From: an uncultured Gemmatimonadales bacterium
GTDB taxonomy: Bacteria > Gemmatimonadota > Gemmatimonadetes > Longimicrobiales > RSA9
Direction: 5' to 3'
Length of the DNA: 64,000 bases
Assembly: GCA_963798845.1 (NCBI GenBank)
Contig: CAWCUS010000002.1
Span: 416,001-480,000 of the forward strand
Shown here: positions 55,256-64,000 of the stretch, piece after piece
Layout: each line of letters begins with the position of its first letter
Numbering within the stretch: position 1 is the stretch's first letter
Program-made: the position numbers and the translations under genes
The notes under the pieces: generated by a model
Told to the model about the DNA's origin: nothing
Database searches by the model: none
The model's input: only the letters and a program-made list of their open reading frames with translations

Positions 55256-56704
55256 ATGCGCTGGATCGAGCGACTGCGGAGGCAGCCGCTACGGACCAAG
55301 CTGGTGCTGACGACCGTGGGTACGGCGGTGGTGGTGTTTGGCGCCGGATCGCCGCTGACGTTCCGGTACTGGCGAGAGCAGTCGGAGGCGGCGGCGGAGC
55401 AGCAGGCGCTACTTGCGGCGGCCTCGGTGCGTTCGGCGGTGGAGGCGGGGATGTCGGCGGGGGAGCCGACGCGGGCGAGATCGGCGCTGCGGGACCTGTC
55501 GGAGCTGGAGTCGATCACGGCGGCGCGGGTCTACGCGACGACGGGGACGGTGCTGGTGTCGACGAACGTGGCGGAGGAGGGATCGAAGCGACCGGGGGTG
55601 TGGGTGCCGTCGCCCGTGGAGCTGCCGGAGCGGGGGACAGCGAGGCGGACGGCGGAGGGGGATGCGGTGAATGCGTTCCTGCCGATCAAGTCGGGGGGCG
55701 CGGCGGTGCTGGAGGTGGACTTCTCGCTGGCTCCGCTGGAAGCGGCGATGGACCGGGCGGCGAAGCTGGGGCTGCTGCTGCTGATCGGGAGCGTGGCGGC
55801 GGTGATCCTGATCGTGGCGACGATGCTCGAGCGGGAGGTGATGACGCCGATCGAACGCGTGGTGGGGATGCTGTCGCCGGAGCCGGGGTCGCGATCGGCG
55901 GGGCTGGAGCGGATCGAGGAATCGGTGGTGGATCTGGTGAGGAAGGAGCGGGAGGCGACGGCGAAGGCGGCGGAGCAGGAGGAGCGGCTGGCGACGCAGG
56001 CGGGGTTCGCGGAAGTGGGTGAGATGGCGGCGGAGATGGCGCACGAGTTCAAGCGGCCGCTGGCGTCGATCCGCTCGGCGGTGGGACTGCTGGAGCAGGA
56101 GTACGACCTGAACGACCAGGCGCAGTCGCTTCTCGGGGCGGTGGACGCTCAGCTGGTGAAGCTGGCGGAGACGATGCAGGACCTGTTCGCGCTGGCGAAG
56201 CCGATGGAGCTGGAGGCCGACGAATTCGAGGTGGCGGATGCGGTGGACAGCGCGCTGATCCAGCTGGCGGGGCTGACGGACACGTCAGGGCGGAAGGTGG
56301 AGCGGCGCTACGATTCGGCCACGCCGCCGGTGTCTGGTGACCAGCACCGCCTGGAGCAGGCCGTACTGAACCTGCTGCTGAACGCGATGGAGGCGATGGA
56401 GGCGGGCGGCGTCCTGACGGTGCTGGTGCGGCCGGAGGGCGGGCACGCCGTGGTCGAAGTGCGTGACACGGGTCCAGGCATCCCGCCGGAAGAGAGGGAG
56501 AAGGTGGTGCGGCCGTTCTACTCGACGAAGCCGGGGGGCACCGGTCTGGGTCTTCCGCTGGTGGCCCGGGTGGTGGCCGCGCATTCGGGGACGCTGGAGA
56601 TCGAGAGCGAGGTCGGGAGGGGCACCGCAGTGCGGATCACGCTGCCGTGTCGTCCGCTGGCCGAGGTGGAGGGAGCGGAGTCGTGGGCAACGCACGAATC
56701 CTGA
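55256..56704 (+). CDS. Membrane sensor histidine kinase
   Basis: Two TM helices. Motifs EMAHEFKRPL, NLLLNA, DTGPG and FYSTKPGGTGLGL. Confidence 0.93.
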   Translation: MRWIERLRRQPLRTKLVLTTVGTAVVVFGAGSPLTFRYWREQSEAAAEQQALLAAASVRSAVEAGMSAGEPTRARSALRDLSELESITAARVYATTGTVLVSTNVAEEGSKRPGVWVPSPVELPERGTARRTAEGDAVNAFLPIKSGGAAVLEVDFSLAPLEAAMDRAAKLGLLLLIGSVAAVILIVATMLEREVMTPIERVVGMLSPEPGSRSAGLERIEESVVDLVRKEREATAKAAEQEERLATQAGFAEVGEMAAEMAHEFKRPLASIRSAVGLLEQEYDLNDQAQSLLGAVDAQLVKLAETMQDLFALAKPMELEADEFEVADAVDSALIQLAGLTDTSGRKVERRYDSATPPVSGDQHRLEQAVLNLLLNAMEAMEAGGVLTVLVRPEGGHAVVEVRDTGPGIPPEEREKVVRPFYSTKPGGTGLGLPLVARVVAAHSGTLEIESEVGRGTAVRITLPCRPLAEVEGAESWATHES

Positions 56705-58035
56705 TCCTCGAGGACGACGACCTGCTGCGGCAGGTGACCGCGGAGCGTCTGGAGCGGGAGGGCTACTCCGTGACGACGGCGGCATCGCTGGCGGAGGTGG
56801 AGCCGGTGGTGGAGCACCACACGCCCGACCTGGCGCTTCTGGACATCAAGCTGCCGGACGGCGAGAGCACGGAGCTGCTGGAGGACCTGGTGGCGACGGG
56901 CGAGACGGTGTGCGTGGTCATGACGGCGCACGGCACGGTGCAGTCGGCGGTGCGCGCGCTGCGCGCCGGAGCGGTGGACTACCTCGAGAAGCCGTTCTCG
57001 TTCGACCGCCTGAGCGCCACCATCGCCGGTGCGCTGGAGCGAACGCGCCTGCAGCGGGAAGTGCGTGCGCTGCGGGAGCAGGCGGGCCTGGGAGGGGACG
57101 TGGTGGGGAGCAGCGCCGCGATGCGGGAGGTGTTCGACCTGGTCAAGCGGGTCGCGTCCGCGGAAGGGACGACCGTCCTGCTGGACGGCGAGACCGGGAC
57201 GGGGAAGGGGATGGTGGCGCAGGCGATCCACCGGGCAAGCCCGCGAGCGGACGGCCCTTTCATCAATGTGACCTGCTCGGCGCTGGCCGAGACGGTGATG
57301 GAATCGGAGCTGTTCGGCCACGAGAGGGGGGCGTTCACGGACGCCCGCACCATGAAGCGGGGGCTGGTGGAGCTGGCGGACGGCGGGACCCTCTTTCTCG
57401 ATGAGATCGGAGAGCTGGGGCTGCGTCTGCAGGGGAAGCTGCTGCGCTTCATCGAGGAGAAGCGGTTCCGCCGGGTGGGGGGGACGAAGGACCTGGTCGT
57501 GGACGCCCGCCTGATCGCGGCCACGAACCGGGACCTCGCGGCGGAAGTGGAGAAGGAGGAGTTCCGAGAGGATCTCTATTACCGGCTGCGTGTCTTCCCG
57601 ATCCGGCTCCCTCCGCTGCGCGAGCGGACATCGGACATCCCCGCCCTCCTCCTGACGTTCGTGGAGGAGTTCAATCGGCAGTTCGGGCGGCGGATCCTGG
57701 ACGTGTCGCCCGAGGCGATGGAGCTCCTGAAGGCGTACCGCTGGCCCGGGAACGTGCGCGAGCTGCGGAACGTGATCGAGCGCACGGTGCTCCTGGCCGA
57801 CGGACCGGTGCTGAAGCCGGAGATGCTGCCGCCGGAGGTGCGAGGGGAGCGGCCGAGGGAGGTGGGTCCGCTGGAGCTGGGGCCGGACGGGCTGGACGTG
57901 GAGGCGTTGGAGCGGGAGCTCCTCACGAAGGCGCTTCGCCGGGCGGAGGGGAACAAGACGGAGGCGGGGCGGCTGCTCGGGATGAGTCGTCATCAGGTGC
58001 GGAATCGACTGAAAAAATACGGAATGGATGAATGA
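56683..58035 (+). CDS. Sigma-54-dependent response regulator (GAFTDA variant)
   Basis: REC domain, GETGTGKG, ESELFGHERGAFTDA, FREDLYYRL, WPGNVREL and HTH. Confidence 0.94.
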   Translation: MGNARILILEDDDLLRQVTAERLEREGYSVTTAASLAEVEPVVEHHTPDLALLDIKLPDGESTELLEDLVATGETVCVVMTAHGTVQSAVRALRAGAVDYLEKPFSFDRLSATIAGALERTRLQREVRALREQAGLGGDVVGSSAAMREVFDLVKRVASAEGTTVLLDGETGTGKGMVAQAIHRASPRADGPFINVTCSALAETVMESELFGHERGAFTDARTMKRGLVELADGGTLFLDEIGELGLRLQGKLLRFIEEKRFRRVGGTKDLVVDARLIAATNRDLAAEVEKEEFREDLYYRLRVFPIRLPPLRERTSDIPALLLTFVEEFNRQFGRRILDVSPEAMELLKAYRWPGNVRELRNVIERTVLLADGPVLKPEMLPPEVRGERPREVGPLELGPDGLDVEALERELLTKALRRAEGNKTEAGRLLGMSRHQVRNRLKKYGMDE

Positions 58036-60080
58036 GACACCGACTCGTGATGGGGCTGTCGGTGCTGGTGGCGGTTGGCCTGTGGGCGTCGCCGGCTGGG
58101 GCGCAGCAGGCGCTCACGTGCAGCCAGTGCCATGGCGAGCTCGAGCTGCTGAGGCAGCACACGGGCAGTCTCTCCGAGGCGCGGGCTCTCCTGGTCCCCG
58201 ACTCGCTCCTGGACGGCACGGCGCACGCGGGATTCGCGTGCTCGCAATGCCACACCGGCTTCGACCGGTTCCCGCACCGGGCCGAGGCGAGGTCTCGGAC
58301 GTGCGTGGACTGCCACGAGGAGGTGGCGGCCAAGTGGCGTCAGGGCGCGCACGCCGAGGGGGAGGGGCGGGCCGGAGTCGCATGCACGGAGTGCCACACG
58401 ACCCACACCGTGGCCCCGCCCGAGGCGCTGGACGTGGCGGGCGCCGCCATGGCGACCATGGTGGGCCAGTGTGTGACGTGCCACGAGACGCAACGCCTGG
58501 GCGAGGATGATCCGCACGCCGGGGAAGCGCCGTGCTACGCATGCCACGCGCCGCACGCGGCGATGCCGCCCGACCTGCCGGAGTCGGGGCTGAGTCCGGC
58601 GTCGCAGCCGCGGACGTGCGGCGCGTGCCACGACTCCATCGCGACCGCCTGGCAGACCGACGTGCACGGTCAGGCGCTGCGGGAAGCGGCGGCGCGGGGC
58701 GACGTCGAGCTGAGCAATTCCGAGGTGCCCACGTGCACCGCCTGCCACGGAGCGCACCCTACAGCGGGGCCGTCCGGTCCGAACGCGCCCGCGCTGGCGG
58801 TGGCCGCGTGCTCGCGCTGCCACGAGGAGTATGCGGAGTCGTACGCGGATTCGTACCACGGGCAGGCCAAGCGGCTGGGCTCCGGGACCGTGGCGACCTG
58901 CGCGGCGTGCCATGGTGCGCACCAGATCTACGGCAAGGGCGACCCGCGCTCCACCGTCGCCCCTGCCAACCTGGTGGGGACGTGCCGGAGCTGCCATCCG
59001 GACGCGACATCGTCGTTCGCGAAGTTCGACCCGCACGCGAATCCGCACGAGCGGAGCCGCAATCCTCTGCTGTACTGGGCGTACAAGTTCATGACGTGGC
59101 TGCTGATCGGGACAATGGCCATGTTCGGGCTGCACACGCTGCTGTGGCTGCTCCGTATCGCCATCGACGCCGCTCGCGGAAGCAGCCCGCACGGGTACAG
59201 GCTGCCGAGCCAGGACGTGGCGCTGGACGCGGCGCAGCGAGGCCACGGCCGCTACGTCTGGCGCTTTCGCCTGTATCACCGGCTCACTCACGCCGCAGTG
59301 ATCATCTCGTTCTTCCTGCTCGTGTTCACGGGGATGCCGCTGCGCTTCAGCTGTGCGCCCTGGTCGGCCGGGCTCATGCGCCTGTTCGGCGGCGTGCACG
59401 CGGCCGGGCTCCTGCACCGGGTGGGGGCGTCGATCACGTTCGGGTACTTCGCCGCGCACCTCTTCTACATGATCCGCGCGCTGATCCGCACGCCGGACCG
59501 GCGTCGTCTGCTGTGGGGCGCGGACTCCATCGTGCCCCACCCTCAGGACATCATCGACTTCACGAACCAGTTCCGCTGGTTCCTGGGCCTGGGGCCGCGG
59601 CCGAAGTTCGCTCGCTACAGCTACATGGAGAAGTTCGACTACTTCGCCGTGTTCTGGGGCGTCGCGATCATCGGCGGGACCGGGCTGATGCTCTGGTTCC
59701 CCGAGCTGTTCGCCGGATTGGTGCCGGGTTGGTTCTTCAACGTGGCCACGGTGGTGCACGGCAATGAGGCGATGCTCGCCACGCTGTTCATCTTCACCAT
59801 CCACTTCTTCAACGTCCACCTGCGGCCAGAGAAGTTCCCGCTCGACGCCGTCATGTTCACGGGGCGGGCGACGGTGGAGTACATGGAAGAGGAGCACCCG
59901 CGCATCCTGGACCACATCGAGGCCAGGGCCAGCGAGCCGGCGCGGGCGGACCAGGCCCCGGACGCCCCCGCGGCGCCGCCCAGCCGGAGGCAGACGCTGG
60001 TGGCCGCCATACTCGGATTCCTCGCCCTCGGACTGGGACTCTTGCTGATCGGAATGATGACATGGGTAAGCTTCTGCTGA
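58032..60080 (+). CDS. 11-heme cytochrome c fused to an FdnI-like cytochrome b (CbcL-like architecture)
   Basis: Signal peptide and 11 CxxCH motifs. TM His ligands (LTHAA, LHRVG, VHGNE, IHFF) and RPEKFPLD..FTG..EEH. Confidence 0.88.
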   Translation: MRHRLVMGLSVLVAVGLWASPAGAQQALTCSQCHGELELLRQHTGSLSEARALLVPDSLLDGTAHAGFACSQCHTGFDRFPHRAEARSRTCVDCHEEVAAKWRQGAHAEGEGRAGVACTECHTTHTVAPPEALDVAGAAMATMVGQCVTCHETQRLGEDDPHAGEAPCYACHAPHAAMPPDLPESGLSPASQPRTCGACHDSIATAWQTDVHGQALREAAARGDVELSNSEVPTCTACHGAHPTAGPSGPNAPALAVAACSRCHEEYAESYADSYHGQAKRLGSGTVATCAACHGAHQIYGKGDPRSTVAPANLVGTCRSCHPDATSSFAKFDPHANPHERSRNPLLYWAYKFMTWLLIGTMAMFGLHTLLWLLRIAIDAARGSSPHGYRLPSQDVALDAAQRGHGRYVWRFRLYHRLTHAAVIISFFLLVFTGMPLRFSCAPWSAGLMRLFGGVHAAGLLHRVGASITFGYFAAHLFYMIRALIRTPDRRRLLWGADSIVPHPQDIIDFTNQFRWFLGLGPRPKFARYSYMEKFDYFAVFWGVAIIGGTGLMLWFPELFAGLVPGWFFNVATVVHGNEAMLATLFIFTIHFFNVHLRPEKFPLDAVMFTGRATVEYMEEEHPRILDHIEARASEPARADQAPDAPAAPPSRRQTLVAAILGFLALGLGLLLIGMMTWVSFC

Positions 60081-61468
60081 CGCTGACGCTGGCGCTGGCC
60101 GCCTTCCTCGCCGGCTGCGAGCAAGGCGGACCGGGTGCGTCGCAGGAGAGGGGAGCCGGCGCTCGCGCGGAAGCCACCGCGGCCGCGTCCGTCCGGGAGC
60201 AGCACGCGGATCCCCACGCGGACCTGGCGTGCCGGGCGTGCCACCAGGGGCCGCAGGGCGAGCGCGGCAGGGCGACCGTGCCGGCGTGGTCGTGCAAGGC
60301 GTCGGGCTGCCACGAGTCCGGCGGCCCGCCTGAGGTGCAGGTGGCCACCGTGGAGTTCGGGCACCGGGACCACGGCCAGAACGGCGAGGTCCAGGCGACA
60401 TGCGCGGGATGCCACACCCACAGCGCGGGCGGCGAGCCGCTGCAGGCTTCGGTGGACGCGTGCACCCTGTGTCACCTGTCGCAGGTGTCGAGCCGCGCGC
60501 CGGAGGACTGCCGGGTGTGCCACCAGCAGCCGGACCACTCCAGGCTGACGAGCCAGGGCGTGGTGGTCTCCCACTCGAAGCTGCCGTGGATGGAGATCGG
60601 GTGTGTGCGCTGCCACTATGACGTCTCGGAGGCGGAAACGAGCGTGGCCAGCGCGCGCTGCCGGGAGTGCCACACGGACATTGCAGCCCTCAACCAGCAG
60701 GCGGTGGGCCGCGACCTCCATCCGCTGCACGATGGCGTGAGCTGCACGTCCTGCCACGAGAAGCACATGCACCGCGTGGCGGCCATGAGCTCGGCCGTCG
60801 ACCTCATCTGCTCCGACTGCCATCGCGAGGAGCACGGGGTGGCGCTGAAGGGAGCGGGGGCTTGGCCCCAGAGCAGCGTTTGCTCGACGTGCCACGAGGG
60901 GGTGCACGCGGCGCAACAGCAGCTCATCCTGGGCGTCTCGCCCGACGGCGAGGTGGTCCCCAGCGCCAAGTTCCTGGCCGGAGTGACGTGCCGGTCCTGC
61001 CACGTGCCCACACCGGGCGACTCTGTGGGCCCGCTCCGGGGCGAAGCGCAGGCGTGCGGCATGTGTCACGACCAGCGCTACACGCAGGTGCTGAGCTGGT
61101 GGATGAGCGGCGTGCAGTCGCGTCTCAACGCGGCGCGCGGCTATCTCCACACGGCCGAGACGACGCTGCGGAGCGCTCCGGACAGCGCCCGCGCGCTGCT
61201 CGGGTCCGCGACCCAGATGGTCGACCTGGTGGCGCGCGCTGGCGGCGAGCACAACCTTGAGCTGAGCGATCGCCTGATGCGCGCCGCCGTGGAGCGGACG
61301 CGGGAGGCCTACGCCGTGTCGGGAAAGACGGCCCCGGCCGCGCCGAACATGGGGCCGGTCCCCCACATGGGGCTCTGCTCCTACTGCCACTACAGCACGT
61401 CCCGGCCGCTGGACATCCGGGACATGCCCGACGAGTTCCACCAGCGGGTTCTGCGGCAGCGGCAGTAG
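60062..61468 (+). CDS. 13-heme cytochrome c lipoprotein
   Basis: Lipobox LAGC, 12 CxxCH plus CKASGCH, and a helical C-terminal region with an HN motif. Confidence 0.85.
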   Translation: MGKLLLTLTLALAAFLAGCEQGGPGASQERGAGARAEATAAASVREQHADPHADLACRACHQGPQGERGRATVPAWSCKASGCHESGGPPEVQVATVEFGHRDHGQNGEVQATCAGCHTHSAGGEPLQASVDACTLCHLSQVSSRAPEDCRVCHQQPDHSRLTSQGVVVSHSKLPWMEIGCVRCHYDVSEAETSVASARCRECHTDIAALNQQAVGRDLHPLHDGVSCTSCHEKHMHRVAAMSSAVDLICSDCHREEHGVALKGAGAWPQSSVCSTCHEGVHAAQQQLILGVSPDGEVVPSAKFLAGVTCRSCHVPTPGDSVGPLRGEAQACGMCHDQRYTQVLSWWMSGVQSRLNAARGYLHTAETTLRSAPDSARALLGSATQMVDLVARAGGEHNLELSDRLMRAAVERTREAYAVSGKTAPAAPNMGPVPHMGLCSYCHYSTSRPLDIRDMPDEFHQRVLRQRQ

Positions 61469-61537
61469 CGTCTGGCGGCCGGTCCGAATGACGGAGACCG
61501 GACACGGGTGGACGAACCGGAGCGACGGAGGACTCGG

Positions 61538-62410
61538 ATGCGAGTGGCGTTTCTCGGAGTGGGCAGCATGGGTGCGCCGATGGCGACGAACCTGGCCCGA
61601 AGCGGGCACACGCTCACCGTCTGGAACCGCACACGGTCCCGGGCGGAGGGTGTGGAAGGCGCCGTGGTCGCCGCGTCGCCGCGGGAAGCCGCGCTCGGGG
61701 CGGACGTGGCGATCACCATGCTCTCCGACGACGACGCGGTGGAAGCCGTCGTCTTCGGCGCCGACGGGCTCCTCGCCGGTCTCCCCGCGGGCGCGGTGCA
61801 CGCTTGCATGAGCACCATCAGTCCGGTGCTCTCGCGACGACTCGCCGAGGCGCACGCAGGCCGCGGCCAGCGCTACGTGGCCGCCCCCGTGTTCGGACGG
61901 CCCGAGGCGGCGGAAGCGGCACAGCTCTGGGTGCTCACGTCGGGTGATGGGGACGCGAGAGCGGCGTGCGCGTCGGTTTTCGAGACGCTGGGGCAGGGCG
62001 TGATCGTGGCCGGGCCCCGCCCCGAGCAGGCCAACGTCGTGAAGCTCGCGGGCAATTTCCTGCTCGCGTCGGCCATCGAGGCCATGGCCGAGGCGTTCAC
62101 GCTGGTGCGCAGCTACGACGTGGACACCGCCGAGTTCCTCCGCACCATCGCGACACGCCTGTTCCGATCTCCGATCTACGAGAACTACGGCGGCATGATC
62201 GAGGCGCAGCGCTACGAGCCGGCCGGATTCAGCCTCCGGCACGGCCTCAAGGACATACGCTACGCCCTCGGTGCCGCCGACCGGGCCGAAGTGCCGCTCC
62301 CGCTGGCCAGCCTCCTCCACGACCGCCTCCTCTCCGCCACGGCGCGCGGGTGGGCCGATCTCGACTGGGCGAGCCTCGCCCGCGTCGCGGCGGTGGAGGC
62401 CGGCGAGTAG
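61538..62410 (+). CDS. NAD(P)-dependent beta-hydroxyacid dehydrogenase (3-hydroxyisobutyrate/6PGD family)
   Basis: Motifs FLGVGSMG.PMA.NL, WNRT, STISP, APVFG and VKLAGN. Confidence 0.92.
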   Translation: MRVAFLGVGSMGAPMATNLARSGHTLTVWNRTRSRAEGVEGAVVAASPREAALGADVAITMLSDDDAVEAVVFGADGLLAGLPAGAVHACMSTISPVLSRRLAEAHAGRGQRYVAAPVFGRPEAAEAAQLWVLTSGDGDARAACASVFETLGQGVIVAGPRPEQANVVKLAGNFLLASAIEAMAEAFTLVRSYDVDTAEFLRTIATRLFRSPIYENYGGMIEAQRYEPAGFSLRHGLKDIRYALGAADRAEVPLPLASLLHDRLLSATARGWADLDWASLARVAAVEAGE

Positions 62411-62577
62411 GGTCCGGCCGGTCGGCACCCTCGGTCAGGACGGACCACCCGGACAATGGTGCGACGCCGGCTCGGGGGCACATGAGCGTCGACGCGCTTG
62501 CGGCGGCGGAAAGCGCGCGTTAGCGTCGTTCCGTCCTTCCGCCTCAACCGCGCCACAACGAAGAGACGCAGAGCCGC

Positions 62578-64000
62578 GTGAACACGGACCCGGTCGGGGC
62601 CCCCGACCTCAGCATGCATCCTGCCGGCGAGAACGGCCGTGAGGAGGAGCTCAGGACCGTTCGGAACCGGCTCGAGCAATCCGCATCGCTGCTGCGGGCC
62701 GCGCTGGACTCCACCACGGACGGTGTGCTCGTGGTGGACCGGGATGGCCGGATCGTGAGCTACAACGGCCGCTTCACCGAGATCTGGGGCGTCCCGGAGG
62801 AGGTGCTGGCCACCGGCGACGACGACCTGGCCCTCCAGTACGTGATCGAGAAGCTGCAGGACCCCACCGCGTTTCTCGATCGGGTCCGCACACTGTACGG
62901 CGACCCCGAGCGGACGGGGCACGACGTCCTCCGCTTGCGGGACGGGCGAGTGATCGAACGCTTCTCTCTTCCGCAGCGCCTCGGTGCCCGCGTGGTCGGG
63001 CGAGTCTGGAGCTTCCGCGATGTCACCGAGCAGAAGCGGATGCAGGAGGCGCTCATCGACAGCGAGCGCCGCTACCGCCGGCTGTTCGAAGAGTCACGCC
63101 ACGCCCTCTATATCTCGACCCACAGCGGCGACTTCGTGGATGTGAACCGGGCGATGCTCGACCTCTTCGGTTACAGCCGCCGCGAGCTTCTGCGCCAGAA
63201 TGCCAGCGCGCTCTACGCGGATCCCGCCGACCGGGAGGCGTTCCAGCGGACCGTCGAGGGGATGGGATCGGTGCGCAACCACGAAGTCCAGCTCAAGGAC
63301 CGCGACGGCCGGGTCCTGGACTGCGTGATCACGGCAACGGCCCGGCGAGCTCGGGACGGCGAGATCATCGGATACGAAGGGATCATAGAGGACGTCACGG
63401 ACCGGAAGCGCTCCACGGCGGCGCTGCGGGAGAGCGAGGAGTATTTCCGCTCGCTCATCGAGAACGCGCTGGACACCATCACGATCCTGAGCGCCGACGG
63501 TACGATCGCGTACGAGAGCCCCTCGGTGGGCCGCGTCCTGGGCTTCACCCCCGAGGAGATGGTCGGCACGTCCGTTTTCGACTACATCCACCCGGAGGAC
63601 CTCCCCCGGGTGAAGGAAGTGTTCGCCCAGGCGGAAACGCAGCCGGGAATGATCTCGCGCCTCCAGCTGCGGTTCCGGGATCACGAGGGGGGCTGGCGGA
63701 TGCTGGAGGCGGTCGGCAGGAACCTCCTCCACCATCCCGCGGTCGGCGGCGTGGTGGTGAACGCCCGCGACGTCACGGAGCGGAAGGAGGCGGAGGATCG
63801 CCTGCTCCACGACGCATTCCACGACCAGCTCACCGGCCTCCCCAACCGCGCGCTTTTCATGGACCGGCTGAACCAGTTCGTGAAGAGGGGACAGCGGGCG
63901 GACACGCCCGGTTTCGCCGTCCTGTTCCTGGACGTGGACCGGTTCAAGGTAGTGAACGACAGCCTCGGCCACGGTGCGGGGGACCTGCTTCTGGTGGAGA
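62578..64000 (+). CDS. Multi-PAS GGDEF signalling protein, 3'-truncated by the window (absent from the ORF track)
   Basis: The frame is open from GTG 62578 to the window end. It has three PAS/PAC units (DVTE.K), then HDQLTGLPNR..LFLDVDRFKVVNDSLGH..GD. Confidence 0.9.
   Translation, partial: MNTDPVGAPDLSMHPAGENGREEELRTVRNRLEQSASLLRAALDSTTDGVLVVDRDGRIVSYNGRFTEIWGVPEEVLATGDDDLALQYVIEKLQDPTAFLDRVRTLYGDPERTGHDVLRLRDGRVIERFSLPQRLGARVVGRVWSFRDVTEQKRMQEALIDSERRYRRLFEESRHALYISTHSGDFVDVNRAMLDLFGYSRRELLRQNASALYADPADREAFQRTVEGMGSVRNHEVQLKDRDGRVLDCVITATARRARDGEIIGYEGIIEDVTDRKRSTAALRESEEYFRSLIENALDTITILSADGTIAYESPSVGRVLGFTPEEMVGTSVFDYIHPEDLPRVKEVFAQAETQPGMISRLQLRFRDHEGGWRMLEAVGRNLLHHPAVGGVVVNARDVTERKEAEDRLLHDAFHDQLTGLPNRALFMDRLNQFVKRGQRADTPGFAVLFLDVDRFKVVNDSLGHGAGDLLLVE

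Noticed and set aside
50445..61468. Genomic island integrated at tRNA-Lys
   Set aside because: I saw no integrase and no duplicated tRNA 3' end in the window. A boundary beyond the window cannot be excluded.

Overview
This is a high-GC bacterial chromosomal window. Gene content and order suggest Gemmatimonadota, which is inference rather than a database result. It opens with the 3' part of an rRNA operon (23S, 5S). Housekeeping genes follow: thiE, mltG, ruvX, ligA, otsA, pdp, PBP1A, dapA-dapB-dapH, pilT, purA, ffh-rpsP-rimM-trmD-rplS-rnhB and tRNA-Lys. Three accessory blocks stand out. (1) 27.3-34.1 kb: a heme-c sensor kinase and a sigma-54 activator, with a visible -24/-12 promoter and palindromic enhancer boxes, upstream of a 15-heme c plus cytochrome b fusion. 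(2) 34.3-45.2 kb: a compact, translationally coupled four-gene cluster. It encodes an oxalate--CoA-ligase-like enzyme fused to a carrier domain, an oxaloacetate-hydrolase-like lyase, a two-module NRPS with a Cys-nucleophile thioesterase, and an Sfp-type PPTase. I infer that it makes its own oxalate and builds an N-oxalyl dipeptide. This is the best candidate for an undescribed system. (3) 50.7-61.5 kb: a second multiheme cluster (20-, 1-, 11- and 13-heme proteins) with another sigma-54 two-component system. Three apparent single-base frameshifts (about 10.3, 35.15 and 51.4 kb) suggest unpolished assembly errors. I saw no CRISPR array, integrase or transposase.
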